Notes: a model not told the origin generated them from the letters alone. A stretch of DNA of 60,768 bases, filler included, from Dugesia japonica (GCA_001938525.1; 6 parts of 6 records of this genome joined end to end with filler, not necessarily neighbours in it); one strand, 5' to 3'. Counted from the first letter of the whole stretch, positions 13,191 through 26,370 are shown. Made by a program: numbers and translations.

Positions 13191-14099
13191 AGAAAAAGAC
13201 TTTTATTAAAGTTTATTTATTTTCTTTATATTTTTAATTTTAAATGAAATTTTTTTTAAGTTAATTTAATGTTAATTTAATATTAATTAAGTTAAAGTTT
13301 CCATTATTATATGGTCTATGATTTTTAATGTCTTAAATGTGCTAAATGATAGTTAAATAATATAAAATATGACATCCATTGAATAAGTAACAGTCGCGTT
13401 GAAATTCCTTATCATATTGCGGATCCATGTCTAGCCAATTGTTAGCGATAATGACTGATTGTATTTTAAAAATTGTAGCTATTAGTTAAATTTAAAGTCT
13501 CAAAAGTCTTCATAAACTGTTTATTGATTATTACAAGTCTTTTCTTAAAAAATAAAAATATGAAATAACAATTCACAAATTTCANNNNNNNNNNNNNNNN
13601 NNNNNNNNNNNNNNNNNNNNNNNNNNNNNNNNNNNNNNNNNNNNNNNNNNNNNNNNNNNNNNNNNNNNNNNNNNNNNNNNNNNNNNNNNNNNNNNNNNNN
13701 NNNNNNNNNNNNNNNNNNNNNNNNNNNNNNNNNNNNNNNNNNNNNNNTTTATTTATTTTTCAACCTTATAATTTTTAAAATTTTATATTTTAAAAATTTC
13801 ATAAAAACCAATCTTAATATTTAATATAAAAATTAAAAAATATCAGACATCCAAAATTCATGAATTGACACAGTAGCAGTGTTCGATTTGTGAACGGTTA
13901 GAATAACTGCTACCAGAAATGCACATGTTGAATTAATGTACAGACAGCTCTTTCGACTAAATAAATTAAAACTTTTAAAATCTTTTAGATATAAAATATG
14001 CTTTCAATTTTTGGCGAAAATTTTTATATATTTTCATGTTTTTTACAGCTTTTGTATTGTAGTTTCTAAAATAATTTTCAATTTAATTTATTGAAGAAG

Positions 14100-14565
14100 A
14101 AGGGATTTTGAGGAAACGAGAGAATATAGAAGAAATTGAAGAAACAACGATGTTGGTAGATCGATTAGAGAAAAACAGAGATCAAGTTTGTACAGTTAGA
14201 AGCTACGCAAAAGTTACAAGTCGAAATAATCAGAAACCTGTAATTCATACAGTGAATAGACATGTAGATCAAAGAAAGGAAAAACAAAATATTGAATCTT
14301 GGTTATGTCATAAGATCGGTAATACTAAAGCAAATTGTCTAACAAAAAAAGTGGAAGAGTGCTGGAGTAGTCATAAAACAGAACATATAAGTTGAGATTA
14401 TCCAAAACAGAAACAATAAATAAAAGTCATGACAGATTTGAAGGACTTTATCGAATAATTGAGAAAATTCATCAAAGGTGGTATGCGGTACAATGAGAAA
14501 ATGGACAGTAAATAGAAAGAAATGTTGAAAAACTTAGAAGTTTCTTTAAAATTGGGATATAAGGA
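14100..14565 (+). mobile_element. Ty3/Gypsy remnant (gag zinc knuckles joined to integrase C-terminus)
   Basis: Two decayed CCHC knuckles (SWLCHKIGNTKANC, CWSSHKTEHIS*DY), then DRFEGLYRIIEK matching the integrase tail at 47564-47827. Confidence 0.6.
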
Positions 14566-16799
14566 AATAATTATTATTTAATAATTTTAGCCAATGATCA
14601 AGTTTCATTTTAATATGTAATCAGTTCTATTTCAAATAAAATTATCTTACTAAGCATAAGTTGTAATAGTGAAATAAATTATGTCTAAAAATATTAATTG
14701 TGATTAGCAAATGAATGTAATCAGTTCTTATAAGGTATTTATACAGTCATTTTATGTTATATGTATAAAATGTTCAAGGCTTCTATTATTTTTAAAAGAA
14801 AAGTTTCGAGCATTTATGATTTTTTAAATAAAAGTTTCACACTTATTATTTTTTATGAAAGGTTCCACGTTTTTTATTATTTTTTAAATATATTGTAAAA
14901 TAAAAATATACAAAGACTCTTTGATTATTTTTTTATTATATTCTATAATAAAACATGTAAATATACATGGACTCCAATCTTTGGTTATTTTTTAAAAGAT
15001 ATATTTTATAATAGAAATATCTCAAAGACTAGCCAGTTGATTATTATCACATAAAAATATACATGGACTCACTTTGGTTATTTTTGATTATATTTTATGC
15101 AAAAACTATCCTCTGTGAAACAATAAACTGTAAATAATACAGGTAAATAATATAAGTAGCTATGTAAATAATACAAACAATTCATCGTAACTATGTAAAT
15201 ATTACACTGTTATTATGTAAATAATACAAAAACATTGTTAAAATTTGTATTATATTATATTAATTTCATGTTACTATAATTACCATAATTATAATTGTGA
15301 TAATATGAAATTAAATAATCAATAAATATATTGATTGCTTAATTTCATATTATCATAATTGTATATAATATTAAAAATGATAATATGAAATTAAAATTTG
15401 TAATTTTTAATTTCAAATACAATTATGGTAATATGGTAATATGAAATTAAAAATGGTGAGTTTATTTATTTTTATATTTTAAATGTTGAATGAAATTTTT
15501 TTTAAAGTTAATTTAATGTTAATTTAATATTAATTGAATTTAAATTTAGGTTAAAGGTTCAACTATTATATGCTTTGATGTTTAAAGATTTCATTAAAGT
15601 CAAAAGTTAAAATGTGGCAAAGATGTCTACTATGTGATAAATGATACAAAAATATAATATTCATTGAATAAGTAACAGTAATGGAATTCCTTACCATTTT
15701 GCGGATCCGTGTCTAGCCAATTATTAGCGATGATGACTGATTGTTTTTTAAACAATTGTAACAGTGTTCGATTTGTGACTAGATGTATTGTGGTTTATAA
15801 TTTGAGACCGGAATAACTGCGGTGCTGTACTTCGTCGGATGATGTAGTGTAATGGTACCGAAGAAAAACAAGATTGTTACTGAGACAAAGCATGGAAATT
15901 ATTAATAATTTATTGATTTAAACTAATTAACATTTAAAGATAAATATAATCTTGCAACAAATATCATTTTTACAACTTAAAAGCTGCATGCATGCAACAT
16001 AAAAATCATAATTTTCAAATATTCATACCCACCTGAAAAATTATTTATTTAACACCATCACCTACTCCAACTTCTCCCCTTTTTAACAAATTCCAATTCA
16101 TCAAAATGTATCAAAAACTTACAACACCGCACCATTTTTAAAATTCAAACGCGATAACTCATCACTGTAACACACAGGAGCATTTTAGCTCATAGTTACA
16201 TTTAGCAACCTATAGACCGATTTTAATGGTCAAGTTAAATCCACCATCGAAACCAACAAGCATTAAAAAAAATACACAAATTTGGTTTTTGTCGTTTGTT
16301 AGAATATGTTTACACACAGAAGCACCATCACATAAAAATATAGAAACACAGCACATCGAAAATCAATAAATCAATTGGCGTGGGCAGTGGAGTTGGATTG
16401 ACTAATCAAACAAGTGACCAATCTACCTACTCTAAGCGTCAATCTGGTGTTTATTTACTAATGTTAGTTCATTTCTTATACCTCTTTTGAAAAAAGGTAT
16501 ACATATCAGTATTAGTCAACAGTTCAATTGGTTCATTTGATGGCATCAATTTAGATGCTTGATTCGAATCCAGAATGCCAAAAAATATTAACGGAATCAA
16601 TTTATTATGTTCTAATAACCTTTTTCTGAACTGTTAAAAGAAATCGGCTAACAGATATTCATCCAGCTTCCGGTACACATTTATATAATCTAATTGATTT
16701 TTACAACCGATTATTGTCCAGATTTCGGAATAAACGGGTTTGAATGTTCCAGACGTTGAATTTTCCAATTTAAAAAAAGACACTTTATTGTATATGATT

Positions 16800-17560
16800 C
16801 AATTCGTGGGAAAGCCAAATCAGTCACTGTAAACGCTGTTAAATCATGGCTTGAGGATGAATGGCTGCGTTTAAGAAAAGGTTATGCCGATAAAGATGTT
16901 TTTAATGTAGATGAAACTGGGATGTTTTATAAAGTCACTCCAAATAAAAATTATAAATTTATAAGCAAAAATGTACCGGCGGAAAGCTATCAAAAGAGAG
17001 AATAACTTTGCTTTTTAAGCAGGTATGACTAGGGAAAAAAGACAGCCTCCAATTATTGGAAAAAGTCAGAATCCGAGATGTTAAAAAAATTAAAATTTGG
17101 CGAGATATAAATACTATTCTAATTCTAAAGCATGAATGATTGCCAGTATCTTTAAAGATGAACTAATTCAATGGGATTAAGAACTTAGAAGAAAGGGAAG
17201 TAGAAAATAATATAATTGCCCCGCTCATCCAAATATAAACGATATGTTGACCCAAATTAAATTGGTGTTTTTGCCATCAAATACAATGAGTATTTTACAA
17301 CCATTCGACCAAGGAGTAATAACAAACTTTAAAGTTTATTATAGAAAATCATTAATATCTAAAATGATCCAAACGGCTGATAAGGGTGAAGAATTTAAAA
17401 TAACTCTAATAGATGCAATCCAACTTGTAGAAAGCTCTTGATTTAAAGTCAATAAAAATACCATCATTAATTGTTTCCACCATTCAAAAATAAAAACCGA
17501 GTTTGAAAGTAAAGATACAAAATTACTTCTAAAAGACAGCAATTTGTCAGAATCTTTAAA
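16800..17560 (+). pseudogene. Tigger/pogo (CENP-B-like DDE_1) transposase pseudogene
   Basis: DVFNVDETGMFYK, GGKLSKERIT, IIGKSQNPRC, NCPAHP, LVFLPSNTMSILQPFDQGVITNFKVYYRK; frameshifts and stops. Confidence 0.9.
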
Positions 17561-17589
17561 AATGATTCAACCATTTTTTCACTGAATAT

Positions 17590-17820
17590 AGTGTTAGTGT
17601 CGTTGACACGTCAGGACAAAACGACGGCGCGGAGAGCAATTTTGGCTAATTGGATTCTTAAGTGGGAATCTCCAAAAGTAAAGAATTGTGGTCAAATAGT
17701 TGAGTCTAAGACCATGAGAAATTTTGCAGTGAATATAGGGACGAAGTTGTTGATTTCGAGCTCATATCATACCATCAAGAACAGGCAAATTGAACGTCGG
17801 TTAGGACGTTACAGAATTGA
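17590..17820 (+). mobile_element. Ty3/Gypsy integrase core fragment
   Basis: SSSYHTIKNRQIERRLG corresponds to the SPYHHKTNGQIERQFR integrase motif at 49573-49761. Confidence 0.65.
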
Positions 17821-17836
17821 ATAATATTAATAAAAG

Positions 17837-17837
<1 letters not shown>

Positions 17838-17900
<63 letters not shown>

Positions 17901-17950
17901 NNNNNNNNNNNNNNNNNNNNNNNNNNNNNNNNNNNNNNNNNNNNNNNNNN

Positions 17951-18017
<67 letters not shown>

Positions 18018-18018
18018 T
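17838..18018. repeat. (TTA)n microsatellite, gapped
   Basis: Direct reading. Confidence 0.95.
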
Positions 18019-18337
18019 GAGAATTTGTATGAAGGATTATTTGTAATTTTTTAAAAATGGTTGTTAGTAAATATTTATTTAAAAATTTATTAGATAACTC
18101 AATGAATTTAATTAAAAGGTAGATTGTTTTAATATTGGTTATTTTGGGTTGCAGAGTTTGAATTTTAAGGTAAAAAAATATAATTTTAAAAAAGAGAATT
18201 CGATTTTAAAATTTAATTGTTGGGTCGATATTTTTCAAGTTCGTAAAAGAAGAATAGATTATCAATTTTTATAAATAAACTGTAGGAAATGAATGTTTGT
18301 CTTTAGTGAAGTTGAACCTAACAATTATTTTTATTAA

Positions 18338-18391
<54 letters not shown>

Positions 18392-18441
18392 NNNNNNNNN
18401 NNNNNNNNNNNNNNNNNNNNNNNNNNNNNNNNNNNNNNNNN

Positions 18442-18501
<60 letters not shown>
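18338..18501. repeat. (TTA)n microsatellite, gapped
   Basis: Direct reading. Confidence 0.95.
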
Positions 18502-18502
<1 letters not shown>

Positions 18503-19499
18503 GTATTATTAAGATTATTATACATCAATGTATGTTTTCAAAAACTAAAATTATTTCATCAGTATTATTTCTACTTTTGAAATAAAATTAATTTTTTTGA
18601 AATTAATTATTTAGGTATTTTTCAATTTTTTCATCAGTTTCATTTTAAATTTTTAATAGATTCATTTTTTAATTCGTTGCGCTTTTTTAATTGAAGTTAG
18701 ACATTTATCATTTCCTACAAGATTAAGTAAAAAGTGTTTCATTTTTGTTTTACTTAATTTTAAAGAAACCGCTTTTAATGAAAAATTAGATTCAAAAAAT
18801 AATTTTATTTTCCCATCTTATATTAAAAGTGTTTATTCGTGAATAAAGTTTTTTTTTATTTGAAAATTTAATTAAAAATAAATTATAAAATATAATTTTA
18901 AAAAAACATTGTCTAAATATTTTAATATCAATTTAATTTGTTCTACAATTTAAATTTTCCTAAATAAATACACAGAAAAAATTAAACNNNNNNNNNNNNN
19001 NNNNNNNNNNNNNNNNNNNNNNNNNNNNNNNNNNNNNNNNNNNNNNNNNNNNNNNNNNNNNNNNNNNNNNNNNNNNNNNNNNNNNNNNNNNNNNNNNNNN
19101 NNNNNNNNNNNNNNNNNNNNNNNNNNNNNNNNNNNNNNNNNNNNNNNNNNNNNNNNNNNNNNNNNNNNNNNNNNNNNNNNNNNNNNNNNNNNNNNNNNNN
19201 NNNNNNNNNNNNNNNNNNNNNNNNNNNNNNNNNNNNNNNNNNNNNNNNNNNNNNNNNNNNNNNNNNNNNNNGGGGGGCCTTTTTAGGGATAAAATCAAGA
19301 GGGGATATGCGCCACTATCTATCATATGAAAAAGAAATTAGTTAACTTGAAAGTATATTAAAACACAAAACGTCTGGCTAGCCTCAAAATTATGTTTTCT
19401 TATTTTGAAAAAAATAATTTCCTTGCAATTTCCTTTTTCTATTTTGAATTATTTAAACTTTTATCTAATTCACCAATTTAATTCTAGATAAATGAGAGT

Positions 19500-20040
19500 A
19501 TCTAAAAAATGAAATACAACAAGGAAAGTCATTACGCTCGAGTGGACAAGGTATTGGGACAGTTAATTGATTGAGAATTAATCCAGAAAAATGTGAATTT
19601 TTAAAACATGAAATTAAATTTTAGGGTCACTCTGTGAGTGCATAGNNNNNNNNNNNNNNNNNNNNNNNNNGTAAAAGCTATGAAAGAATTCAGAAGGCTG
19701 AATTGTGTAAAAACGATGCGCGGTTTTCACTGTAATTATTACAGAAAATGTATTAATGGTTATGCGGTGAAAGCGAAAAAGTTGGAGCAGTTATTTAGTG
19801 TTCCCAGTAACACAAAATTATTATGGAATGACAAATTAGATGGAAGAGTTTGAATATTTAAAAATGGCATTGACTTCAGCATTGACTTTATGCTGGTTTT
19901 GAGACCATAGGGGCAGTATTATCTCAGACGGAAGATAATAATAGAGAAATGATTCTTGCATATGGATAGCACGCAATGAATAACCAAACAAAAGGTTATT
20001 GCACAACAAGGTAGGAATTATTGGCAGTGTATTATCAGTG
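19500..20040 (+). mobile_element. Ty3/Gypsy RT-RNaseH fragment
   Basis: INPEKCEFLKHEIKFLGSL, CNYYRKCINGYA, IGAVLSQ, GYCTTR*ELLAV; homologous to 50408-51090. Confidence 0.8.
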
Positions 20041-20639
20041 TATCATCAAGAAGGAACCGGTAGAAGTTATAGTTAATTAAGATGAACCGGAAGTTATTAC
20101 CATTAGGTAGGAACTGATAGAAGTTATTATAATCGAGAATAATAAAGAAGCAATCAAAATGGAACCAGAAGAAGCTATCAACATAGTACCAGTAGAAACA
20201 ATTAGGAATAATATAAATATAACATCAAAAGATTGAAATAATTTTGAAGTAATTGATGAATTAGACGAAGAAGACATCATATTACAAGAATTCATTGAAG
20301 CAGAAGAAAGTATTCACGTTTGTGGCTCATTAAATTCAGGTGTTACAAATGAAAATTTTGTTATAGAAAGGGCCTTATATAGATGTTACCCAATTATAAA
20401 TATCGACATATATTGGAATACTAATCAAATTATACTACCAGAAAATTTGATTACCCAACTGTTTAAAATAATAGATGAGATGAAAGAATTAAAAATAAAA
20501 TGGCACAGGAATCCAATCAATATGGTGCTCAATTTGTTTAAATGGATTTCGAAATGAAAAAGCTTTTGAGAAGCATCAAGTAATTTGCGAAAAGATTCAA
20601 ACGGGAACAACATTATATACAATGCCCGCAGATAAAAAC

Positions 20640-21015
20640 TTAGAGTTTAGGGATTTCTCTAAGACAATGACACTATCATTCGTTATATACGCTTATTTCA
20701 AATCAGTTTTACCATCAGATGACTTATATTTTTAAAGACATATGCTGGTTTCAGCAGGACCTTTGTTAGTAAATAATTTTACTAACATAACATCATATAA
20801 ACAGTTTATTGGTGTTAACTGTATATATAATTTCTTGAAGGAAATTCAAGAAATAAATAGGATTATAGTGGCTTCATGTTACGAACAGAATGGAAAGAAG
20901 CCAATTGTAATATCTAGAATTCAAGAAATATTGTTTGCTGCAGCCAAAAATAGTTATTTGTGTAAGAAAAAATTGTCTGCGCCAGTTTGTGATCATTATC
21001 ACTTTACTGGTCAGT
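20640..21015 (+). mobile_element. Polinton/Maverick-type protein-primed DNA polymerase B, N-terminal fragment
   Basis: SYLCKKKLSAPVCDHYHFTGQY resembles the CxxC...VRDHCHxTGxYRG motif of Polinton-type PolB. Confidence 0.55.
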
Positions 21016-21029
21016 ACCTGATCAATGGA

Positions 21030-21267
21030 AAAAGTTCTATACTAATTTCATCTTGAAACCGGGTAAAGAAGAGTAATCTTATCTAGTCTCATATTGTAGA
21101 TCTATAGCAATTTTAAATACCTTGTATCGGTTATTTGCAATTGTAATGAACAACAGAATTCTCGGTTGGATTTCCGTAGTAAATTTACTCTCACCAACTC
21201 AAAATGCGGTTAATACATCAAAAAGATGCTCACAGCACAATGCTACAATACAATTAATTAGAGAAAA
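21030..21267 (+). mobile_element. Non-LTR (R2/NeSL-like) RT fragment
   Basis: YCRSIAILNTLYRLFAIVMNNRILGWISVVNLLSPTQN..RCSQHN, i.e. RT domains 1-2. Confidence 0.65.
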
Positions 21268-21367
21268 NNNNNNNNNNNNNNNNNNNNNNNNNNNNNNNNN
21301 NNNNNNNNNNNTTAATTAATTAANNNNNNNNNNNNNNNNNNNNNNNNNNNNNNNNNNNNNNNNNNNN
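21268..21367. other. Artificial scaffold-joining spacer
   Basis: 44 N + TTAATTAATTAA + 44 N. Confidence 0.95.
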
Positions 21368-22546
21368 TTGGTGTTATACTGCATTCGTTTTTGGTGAGAA
21401 AGATACTTTTCAGTTGTAATACTTTAGGCAATGTATAAGAAACTAAAAATTTTGAATCTTTCCTCACAAAATTGGATATCATACAATCACTTTAAGCTGA
21501 GAAAATTATACACTAAATTCGAAGAGATCCCGTGCGCCATTACTTTTATCTCGAAAATGAAGCATTTTTCGCTAAGTCTTTTAGACAATATATAGACACT
21601 TTTTCATTAAGAGATTATTTGACCGAAATTTGAACACTTTTTAACGAAGTAATTTGAAATCAAAATACTGAATTACAGCTTTCTTGAGAAAACCTTTCAC
21701 CAATATAATTCAAATTTGAAATAATCTTTTACGTGAACGTAACGATCAATAAAAATACGAAACTTCTAGATAACTAAACTTTGTTGGAGGGGGAGATGAT
21801 TCCAGTGTGCCAGTATTTACTTACTGATGTATTTTTGGTATACCATAAATTTTATAACTAAAGTTTTCATATTTTCTGAAGTATTGTTGATTTCGTAAAT
21901 ATTTAAAAAGTAATGATAATAATAAATAAAATAAAATCACAGTTTTTATTCATTTATCAGTTTTTGATTNNNNNNNNNNNNNNNNNNNNNNNNNNNNNNN
22001 NNNNNNNNNNNNNNNNNNNNNNNNNNNNNNNNNNNNNNNNNNNNNNNNNNNNNNNNNNNNNNNNNNNNNNNNNNNNNNNNNNNNNNNNNNNNNNNNNNNN
22101 NNNNTTTGTTTTTTTATTGACAGAACCAATTGGAAATTCGTTTCAAAGAGTGTTGATTATTAAATCTGAAATATTATTAATTAATAAATTTTATGAAGTT
22201 TTTATTAAATTTGTCTTTTGATGCTTTCAGTATTTTATCGTTCTTGATTTTGATGTAATACTTTTGTATTAATTAATAATACTATTTTATAAATAGTTTT
22301 ATATTTATATATTTGTAACGAATTTTATTTTATATTAATAATATTATACGGTTTTTTATTGTATGTCATAAAGTTTTTTGTCATAACAAAAATAATAAAA
22401 AATTTGTCCTGCGTAGATTAAATACACAGGAACTTCTAAAAGAAAAGCAGAAAATTTAAAGATAACAAACAAGCTATATTACTTCTCTTTAGAATTCATT
22501 TAAAAAAAAGCTTCGATCAAAGATTTTTTCTAGTTTTTTGAGATTG

Positions 22547-22579
22547 ATTCAATATTTCGACTTTGTCTTCGTCAGGAAT
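22547..22579 (-). ncRNA. Minimal type I hammerhead ribozyme, core intact
   Basis: Minus strand: attc-CTGACGA-A-GAC-AAA-GTC-GAA-ATAT-T-gaat; 4-bp stem I, 3-bp stem II, palindromic ATAT stem III, AUU cleavage triplet. Confidence 0.75.
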
Positions 22580-23196
22580 TGACTTTTTAGGAATTGACTT
22601 CTCTTTAATTTTAGAATAATAAAAAAAATTTGTCTATTAATATATGTCAATTAATATATTTTTTTATTTTAATATTTTTACAATACACACGTATATCTTT
22701 CTGATAAATATTATTGTGATAAAAACAAAATACACATAATGAAATTAGAGCGACAAAATCTTATTGATATTAAGATGTTGAGTTTATAAATGCTAAACTT
22801 CGTAAGTATCATTATATATCAGATAAAACTAATTTCGATTAATATATATATATATATATAAATAAAATTTTTAAAATTTACAATTTATATTTTTTTACGA
22901 TTTATATTTAAAAACTCAATACTTTATTTTATTGCCTCGGTTACCTTATAGATCTACCTTATCAACAACTAGAATAATGATTTTATGGAGGATTAAAATG
23001 AAGAATTGATAAGTATTTATGCCTGAAAAATGGCCAGTAATAATGCTACTAAATATTCATCTAAAATAATAAAACATAAAATTCGCATTCACTACAAATC
23101 TAATTTAGGACAAATTAATTAACCTAAATTTTACTCAGATTTATTTAAAATCTGTCTTTATGTCAAAATTTGTAATAAGAATTTACTGAACAACCG

Positions 23197-23227
23197 TTCC
23201 TGAAGAAGGCTATGTCGAAATATTGAA
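23197..23227 (+). ncRNA. Minimal type I hammerhead ribozyme, core intact
   Basis: ttc-CTGAAGA-A-GGC-TAT-GTC-GAA-ATAT-T-gaa; stem II GGC/GTC with one G-U pair. Confidence 0.7.
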
Positions 23228-25519
23228 AATAAAAGCACAGTAATTTTGATCTTTGCTTGATAAAATATTTTTTTAAATAAAAAATTTTTAGTTAAAAACG
23301 AATTTTTTTAAAATTGGGAATAATTAACAATTAATTAATTAAAATTATAAATTAAAATATAAAAATAATTATATAATGAAAAAACAATCATAAAATCAAT
23401 AAATAAAATCATAATCAATTTCATAACTATTAAAAATGAAATAACCATCAATAATTTCAATAAATGATCCATAATTAATAAATAACAAAATTAAAAATAA
23501 ATTATAGTAAATAATAAATAAAATAGCTACAAGGTACCACATATTTGTCGATTGTGAAACAATTAATTGACTGAATTGGATTGGAGATGGTTTAAGAACA
23601 TATCTGTCACTGTTCAAAACTCGCAATCTTCTCAGAATTTACATAATGAACAATGAGACAAGATCACATGTGGAAATGATATGTAGGATTATTAGGGGTT
23701 GTTTTGTTTGTTAATATTCTGAATTATCCTTCTCTTGAAAACAAAAACTTTATTTATTTATTTATAATTGTGATGCATGTTATGAATGTTTTTGTTAATT
23801 TTCATGAGTGAAATTTTTGTATAGATGAACTGTCTGACATACCTAGATTTCATTTGGAATGATTTTTTTCCTGACGTGTCTAAAAAATTGAGCATTAACA
23901 TAGTGCCACAACACGTGGAGAGTGACTACCTCAGTTTTTATTATTCTGAATATAAATAGAAATAAGTATTAATCAAAATGAGGGGTTTTAAATAAAATTC
24001 CCAGCACTCAATATTCTGTAAATATGATAAATACTTTTGGTTCAGAAAATATTAACTAGTAACATTTTTTTGAACAAGTTATTTTGATTATTACCGCACT
24101 GCGTCGATAATGCGTTTTATACCATCTGTACCATTTCAAATATTAGAGACTTTTAGTATCCATAAAAACGATTTATAAATATATTAAAAAAAGTATTGTT
24201 TCTTGGTTTTATTTCGTCATCTTCAGTTGTTTGTTCATGTTTTTGATACTGATTATCCTTGATTAATATTGATACAACACTAGTTAATATTAAATTAACT
24301 GATCATTGTCTTGTGATTACTAATTCGTTACGTTTTTTCTTAATTTTTTAATGTTTTTTTTCTGATTTTAATTTTATCTTGCATGGATATTATTGCAGTC
24401 GCAATAGCTTTACTATCTTTTAGCTTTGTTTCCTTATTGATTGACTCTTTCTTTTCACAGATTTTTCATATATTTCTGGCCAGTTTTTCAGCTTTAAACT
24501 TGGTAATTGAATCACAATTTTCACTAATTTGTAAAGTAATTACGTTCTGAAAATTTTCGGTTATATCATTTATTACATCACGATTCTTAACTGTCAATTT
24601 TGTAATAATGTCTTCCTTTTCCTTGGTTCATATACTTTCTACATTGTGATTATTTATGCTATTATTGATTATGTCGGTTTTGATTCTAATAATATGGTTT
24701 TTATATACTGTTGTGGGACCCGTTGAGAATATTTATTTTAATGACAAAGTCTTTATAATATTATCGTTTTGTTTTGTCTGTGTTTCTAAGAATTTTAAAG
24801 TTTTCATTCTTGTTTTGCGTATTTACATCTTTAAACGATTGATTTTCATTATTATTGTTTATATAAATTTGTTCGAAAGCTTTTGCAAAGAGTATTTAAG
24901 GAATTATTTAAATCAAAATCAAATTTTAGAACAGTTTTATACTGAATCAATGGATTGGATTTAATGTTGCCTTGTTCAACTAGTCTTCAACTTTTCTGCT
25001 TTTATTATCTTTGCTCATTATTTAAATCTAAACTAATTGTATTTACTTTTTTCTTTGCTTGCTATCTCGTTGCAATCGATTTCTATTTCTTAAATTTTTA
25101 ATCTAAGAGACTTTATTCCATATTGTGTTTTCATCCTTTGAATTTCAGTTTTTAGGAATTCCATTACATTCTTTATATCCAATTCAGTTACATCAAGGAC
25201 ATTCTTTTTAGAAAATATATACTCCTTAGTCCAACAGGACTCAGTAAAATGTTTGTAATATCAATATTTATAACCTTGAGTGTATTAGTTGTTGACTCTA
25301 TTGTTTTNNNNNNNNNNNNNNNNNNNNNNNNNNNNNNNNNNNNNNNNNNNNNNNNNNNNNNNNNNNNNNNNNNNNNNNNNNNNNNNNNNNNNNNNNNNNN
25401 NAAGATTAATATTTTCCATATCGTAACAGTTATTATTATAGTTATCATATGGATTATCCATATTCGTATTATTGTATCTATTATTATTTCCGTGGTTTTT
25501 GTTATTACTATTTTCTTCT

Positions 25520-26085
25520 CAAGTGCTTCATCTATGAAACACAATTTAAAGCGCTTGAGAAGAAAAAGTCCATTTTTATTATACTTGCTGCAGTCAAACT
25601 TCCCAACGGAATATTAAAGTTCTTAACCGCGAACTTGAACATGGAATGAATAAAGGTTCGATACGCGTGGATTTTCTGCCAAGAATACAGAACTGAGTTA
25701 GACATTTTCTTCAGAGCCCTAGCTGCTTTATCAAACATTTTCGTTGGAGTTTGAAAGTGGTGAAGATTAAAATCAGTTTGAGGTAATTTTTGTTGACATC
25801 TGTGGAATTATAAAAGAAACAAGAGGAAGAAAAAAATATATGTCTGACCAATGCACCAAATATGTGAGGCTGATAGCGTTGGCCAGGCAGGACGAAACAA
25901 AAATTCAAGAGAACATATGGATACAATTGATATTGAGATTTGAATACTCAAGAGAAAAGCTACGGAGATGAAATATTTTGCGAAAAGGTTAAAGATGGTC
26001 TGGAATTTTGCGAGTCCTTACCATCACAAAACTAATGAACGACAGTTCCGGACGGTGCGAGACTTTATTAATGCCTAAATTAACG
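25520..26085 (+). mobile_element. Ty3/Gypsy RNaseH-integrase remnant
   Basis: WNFASPYHHKTNERQFRTVRDFINA is nearly identical to the integrase at 49573-49761. Confidence 0.75.
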
Positions 26086-26133
26086 ATAAGATTCCTTATT
26101 AAACAGTTTTGGGATAACTTCTCCCTTAACGGC

Positions 26134-26370
26134 TGTTAGGGGGTTCATATTTACCACTAAAATCTTTCTTCATAATTATAAAACAATAAAAAAATCTAAT
26201 ATTCTTTTAATACTAAAATTTATTAGTATATACAAAATTAATAAATTTACAAACTGAATTTACTAACTTACAACTTTAAAAATAAAAATATTAATTGATG
26301 CAATAAATAATAAAATAATTAGTGCACAATTCAGAAAAACTTACATAAATAAAATCTTCAGTACAAAACA
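26134..26370. repeat. Dispersed repeat of about 230 bp starting TGTTAG (LTR-like); second copy at about 48818-49040
   Basis: Shared TGTTAGxGGGTTCATATTTAC...AATTCAGAAAAACTTACA...AAATCTTCAGTAxAAAACA. Confidence 0.7.

Noticed and set aside
15830-15865. tRNA-like A-box (TAGTGTAATGGTA)
   Set aside because: No B-box or cloverleaf follows.
15960-16780. LTR retroelement protease/PPT remnant (GILDS)
   Set aside because: A single weak motif, insufficient support.
17817-18503. Poly-Leu/poly-Ile ORFs
   Set aside because: Translations of (TTA)n microsatellites and gaps.
24656-24964. Hydrophobic 102-aa ORF as a membrane protein
   Set aside because: Ile/Phe/Leu-rich translation is expected by chance in T-rich DNA; no motif or splice support.
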